Shown: one piece after another, positions 60,732 through 64,000 of the stretch
Numbering within the stretch: the stretch's first letter is position 1
How the letters are laid out: each line of letters opens with the position of its first letter
Assembly: GCA_030153785.1 (NCBI GenBank)
Contig: JASKLF010000006.1
Coordinates: forward strand, 32,001-96,000
Length of the DNA stretch: 64,000 bases
DNA from: a bacterium
GTDB lineage: Bacteria; Synergistota; GBS-1
Direction: 5' to 3'
Made by a program: the position numbers and the translations under genes
The notes under the pieces: generated by a model
Seen by the model: only the letters and a program-made list of their open reading frames with translations
Database searches by the model: none
What the model was told of the DNA's origin: nothing

Positions 60732-62268
60732 AGTCCACGCTCCTTGTCTCTCTTATAACCGTCACCTTTATCTGGCCAGGATATTTTAGCTCGCTTTCAA
60801 TCTTCCTTGCTATATCATAAGCAAGTTTTGCAGAAAGGGCATCATCTACAAATTCCGGCTTAACTATTACTCTTACCTCTCTTCCTGCTTGGATAGCATA
60901 GGCTTTCTCGATGCCATTGAAGGAAGAAGCTATTCTCTCTAAGTTTTCTAGTCTCTTTATGTATTCTTCAAAACTTTCTCTTCTCGCTCCAGGTCTTGAA
61001 GCGGATATAGCATCGGCAGCCTGAACTAAAACCGCTATAACAGTTTTAGGCTCTACTTCACCATGATGAGCTTCTATAGCATGTATTACTTCCTCAGATT
61101 CTCCATATTTTTTGGCAAGCTCCGCTCCTATACAGGAATGTGTTCCTTCAACATCGGTATCGATAGCCTTACCTATGTCATGTAACAGACCTGCCCTCTT
61201 TGCTAAAAGGACATCTTCCCCCAGCTCAGCAGCCATAACGCCAGCAATATATGCAACCTCAAGGGAATGAGTTAACATATTTTGCCCATAGCTGGTTCTA
61301 TATTTTAGCATACCTAAAAGCCTGATAAGCTCAGGATGCATTCTGCCAACCTTTGTCTGAAAAATAGCATCTTCTCCTGCCTCTCTTATATCCTCCTCCA
61401 CTTCCTTTAATGCTTTCCCATACATCTCTTCTATACGGGCAGGATGAATCCTACCATCAGCTATTAGTTTTTCTAGCGTTCTCCTTGCTATCTCACGCCT
61501 TATTGGGTTATGGCACGAAACTATCACAGCCTCTGGAGTATCATCGACTATCAAATCAGCACCAGTTATCGTTTCAAAGGTTCTTATATTTCTTCCTTCT
61601 CTACCGATTATTCTACCCTTCATATCGTCATTGGGAAGCGGAACCACAGAAACCGTGGCTTCAATCACATGGTCCACTGCACACTTTTGAATTGCAAGAG
61701 AAATTATTTCCCTCGCTTTACGCTCCGCCTCCCTCTTAGCCTGGGCCTCCATTTCCTTTATCATCAAACCAACATGCCCTTCAATTTCCTTCTTAACCTC
61801 CTCAAGAAGAAGAGCCCTCGCCTCTTCAGAACTCAATCCCGCTATTCTTTCTAATGTGGCCCTTTGTTCCTCCACTAATCTCTCAGCTTCTTTTCTAATT
61901 TCCTCTATTTCCTTCTCTCTCAGCTTTAACTCCTCTTCCCGACGAATAAGGGCTTCGCTTCTCCTTTCAAGACTTTCTTCTTTCTGTAAAATCCGCCTCT
62001 CAAACCTTTGAAGCTCGACCTTCCTCTCCCTATACTCTCTCTCCCATTCATTTCTTAGTCTATAAATCTCGTCCTTAGCTTCTTGTATCTTTTCCCTCTT
62101 TATTTTTTCTCCTTCTTTTTCAGCATTATTCAAGATTGTTTTTGCTATCTCTTCAGCTGATTTAATCCTCTTTTCGGACAAGTATCTTCTCAGTAAGTAT
62201 CCGATTGCAATACCTCCTGATACAGCCATCAGGATGTTAATAAGATAAAAAATTCCGATGGTAATCAC
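60721..62268 (-). CDS. rny: Ribonuclease Y
   Basis: N-terminal TM, coiled coil, KH domain ([12 protein letters not shown]), HD domain (LLHDIGK). Confidence 0.97.
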   Translation of the reverse strand: MITIGIFYLINILMAVSGGIAIGYLLRRYLSEKRIKSAEEIAKTILNNAEKEGEKIKREKIQEAKDEIYRLRNEWEREYRERKVELQRFERRILQKEESLERRSEALIRREEELKLREKEIEEIRKEAERLVEEQRATLERIAGLSSEEARALLLEEVKKEIEGHVGLMIKEMEAQAKREAERKAREIISLAIQKCAVDHVIEATVSVVPLPNDDMKGRIIGREGRNIRTFETITGADLIVDDTPEAVIVSCHNPIRREIARRTLEKLIADGRIHPARIEEMYGKALKEVEEDIREAGEDAIFQTKVGRMHPELIRLLGMLKYRTSYGQNMLTHSLEVAYIAGVMAAELGEDVLLAKRAGLLHDIGKAIDTDVEGTHSCIGAELAKKYGESEEVIHAIEAHHGEVEPKTVIAVLVQAADAISASRPGARRESFEEYIKRLENLERIASSFNGIEKAYAIQAGREVRVIVKPEFVDDALSAKLAYDIARKIESELKYPGQIKVTVIRETRSVDYAK

Positions 62269-62320
62269 CCCCTTATTCCATTTTCAAGGATCTTTAAGGA
62301 AGAATCTTGCAAAAGAAAAG

Positions 62321-63397
62321 CTATTTCTTACTTCTTTCGTTGAAGAGATCTTCTTTTTGAGAAGCCTCTTTATCTTGCCCTCTTGTCTCTTCTCCCCTAA
62401 GCCTTTCTAAAACTGCCTTTTCTATCTCGTCCATCAAATGTGGGTTTTCCTGAAGATAATTCTTGGCTGTCTCTTTACCTTGACCGAGACGTTCCTCGCC
62501 AAAGTAAAACCAAGAACCGCTTTGCCTAATTACCCCAAGGAGCAAAGCCCCCTCTAGCACACTCGATGCTCTCGAAACGCCTTCACCGTAAATAAGGTCA
62601 AACTCTGCTTCCCTAAAAGGAGGAGCAACCTTATTCTTCACAACCTTCACTTTAACCCTAGACCCCAGCGTTTCCTGACCTTGTTTTATAGTTTCTCCCC
62701 TTCTAACATCAAGCCTCAGTGAAGAATAAAACTTCAATGCTCTTCCTCCAGGTGTGGTCTCCGTAGGACCAAAGTAGTAACCTGTAGAAACCTTTTCTCT
62801 AATCTGGTTTATAAATACTACAATGCTCCTCGTTTTACCAACAGCGGCTGTAAGCTTCCTCAATGCTTGCGACATTAATCTGGCCTGTAGAGCAACGTGA
62901 GCATCCCCCATTGCTCCCTCTATTTCTGCCTGGGGAACAAGAGCTGCCACCGAATCCACAACTATGACATCAACTGCCCCACTTCTCACCAAGGTTTCGA
63001 CTATCTCTAAAGCCTGTTCACCACTATCGGGTTGCGATAAAAGCAAATCTTCTACTTTTATTCCCAATCTTTTAGCATACCGAGGATCCAAAGCATGCTC
63101 CGCATCTATAAAAGCTGCCACTCCTCCCAATTTCTGAGCAGAAGCTATGAGATACAGCGCCACCGTGGTCTTACCTGAACCTTCAGGCCCAAATATTTCA
63201 ACTATTCTCCCTCGCGGAAATCCTCCTACTCCCAAAGCTATATCAAGTGGAAGAATTCCCGAAGGAATCACCTCAACAGTAGTAAGACTTTCTTCGCCTA
63301 ATCTCATTATTGCTCCTTTGCCAAAACTCTTTTCTATTCTCGATATAGCCTCCTTAAGCATTCTCTCCCTCTCTGAGGATACCTTATCCAAAGTCAT
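62321..63397 (-). CDS. recA: Recombinase A
   Basis: [15 protein letters not shown] and GGRALKFY motifs. Confidence 0.98.
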   Translation of the reverse strand: MTLDKVSSERERMLKEAISRIEKSFGKGAIMRLGEESLTTVEVIPSGILPLDIALGVGGFPRGRIVEIFGPEGSGKTTVALYLIASAQKLGGVAAFIDAEHALDPRYAKRLGIKVEDLLLSQPDSGEQALEIVETLVRSGAVDVIVVDSVAALVPQAEIEGAMGDAHVALQARLMSQALRKLTAAVGKTRSIVVFINQIREKVSTGYYFGPTETTPGGRALKFYSSLRLDVRRGETIKQGQETLGSRVKVKVVKNKVAPPFREAEFDLIYGEGVSRASSVLEGALLLGVIRQSGSWFYFGEERLGQGKETAKNYLQENPHLMDEIEKAVLERLRGEETRGQDKEASQKEDLFNERSKK

Positions 63398-63990
63398 TCC
63401 TGCCCTCCTTTCAAAGGGAAAATAGCTATTGGGGTGTAAACCGGTCCTCTGGGAAGCAAGTGACTTTTCATAAGTATAACATCTCCTACCATAAATTCAC
63501 CCAAAAACATATCATTCCTTTCCTCCAAATAAGCTCTTAGCATAGAGGAAATTTTTCCACTTTTGGCTCTGCCCAAAGTAATGTGAGGAGAAAAAGATTT
63601 GCTGTCCTTAACGAAGTCCAGTTTTCTGGCTTCAGCTTCGATAAAATCTCTCAAAATTTTAAGTTGACCTACGCCTTCCCCCTCGATTCCAAGCCATATC
63701 ACCCTCGGGCGGTTCCAATCGGGGAAAACACCAAAACCCTTTAAGGTTAGTCTGAATGAAGACAACTTAAGATTAGGTATCATCTTTGACAAAAGATTTC
63801 TTATTTTGTCCACCTTGGTGACAGGCTCCTCCCCCAAAAACTTCAAGGTAAGATGAAGATTTTGCTCCTCGACCCATTTAACGCTACTGTCTAGCTTTTT
63901 AGCCTCAGACACAAAACCATAGATCGACCTCTTGATATCGCTTGGAAGGTCTATACATATGAAAGATCTAACTATCTCTCTCTTGCCCAA
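63394..63990 (-). CDS. thpR: RNA 2',3'-cyclic phosphodiesterase (2H family)
   Basis: Two HxT motifs (HLTL, HITL); directly upstream of recA. Confidence 0.92.
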   Translation of the reverse strand: MGKREIVRSFICIDLPSDIKRSIYGFVSEAKKLDSSVKWVEEQNLHLTLKFLGEEPVTKVDKIRNLLSKMIPNLKLSSFRLTLKGFGVFPDWNRPRVIWLGIEGEGVGQLKILRDFIEAEARKLDFVKDSKSFSPHITLGRAKSGKISSMLRAYLEERNDMFLGEFMVGDVILMKSHLLPRGPVYTPIAIFPLKGGQE

Positions 63991-64000
63991 AGGGGACCAC

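Overview
Dense, AT-rich bacterial chromosomal window of about 56 CDSs with very short intergenic spaces. I found no rRNA, tRNA, CRISPR array, prophage or intact IS element. Firmicutes-type genes (fapR, sigH, rny, ymdB, ECF S-components) occur together with binding proteins that have non-lipoprotein signal peptides, which suggests an anaerobic diderm such as a Synergistota-like lineage (inference only). In order, the window holds: the fapR-plsX-fabH-fabK-fabD-fabG-acpP-fabF fatty-acid operon; a TAXI-TRAP, amino-acid ABC and aminotransferase operon; a P-II-like/HAD/HD operon; a glycogen cluster with three GH57 enzymes plus glgP, glgA and glgC; an 11-gene minus-strand run (degenerate enhancer-binding protein, DUF4416 fusion, purB, three CoA-activase-type Fe-S genes, PPP phosphatase, ACT, UPF0210, PPDK_N-only protein); psuG-hypFCDE-nfnAB; rplM-rpsI; THF riboswitch-folT; ispD; a frameshifted C-GCAxxG-C-C gene; sigH, birA, a LonC-like protease, a SurA-like chaperone, and thpR-recA-rny-ymdB. 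Main observations beyond the ORF track: (1) probable non-canonical ATT/ATC start codons for purB, psuG and possibly rny; (2) an unlisted 57-aa four-Cys protein with HiPIP-like spacing; (3) a 7-bp tandem duplication that frameshifts a redox gene; (4) a long SD+AUG-sequestering hairpin downstream of the THF aptamer; (5) several split or degenerate domain architectures. Family assignments come from motif recognition, not database searches.
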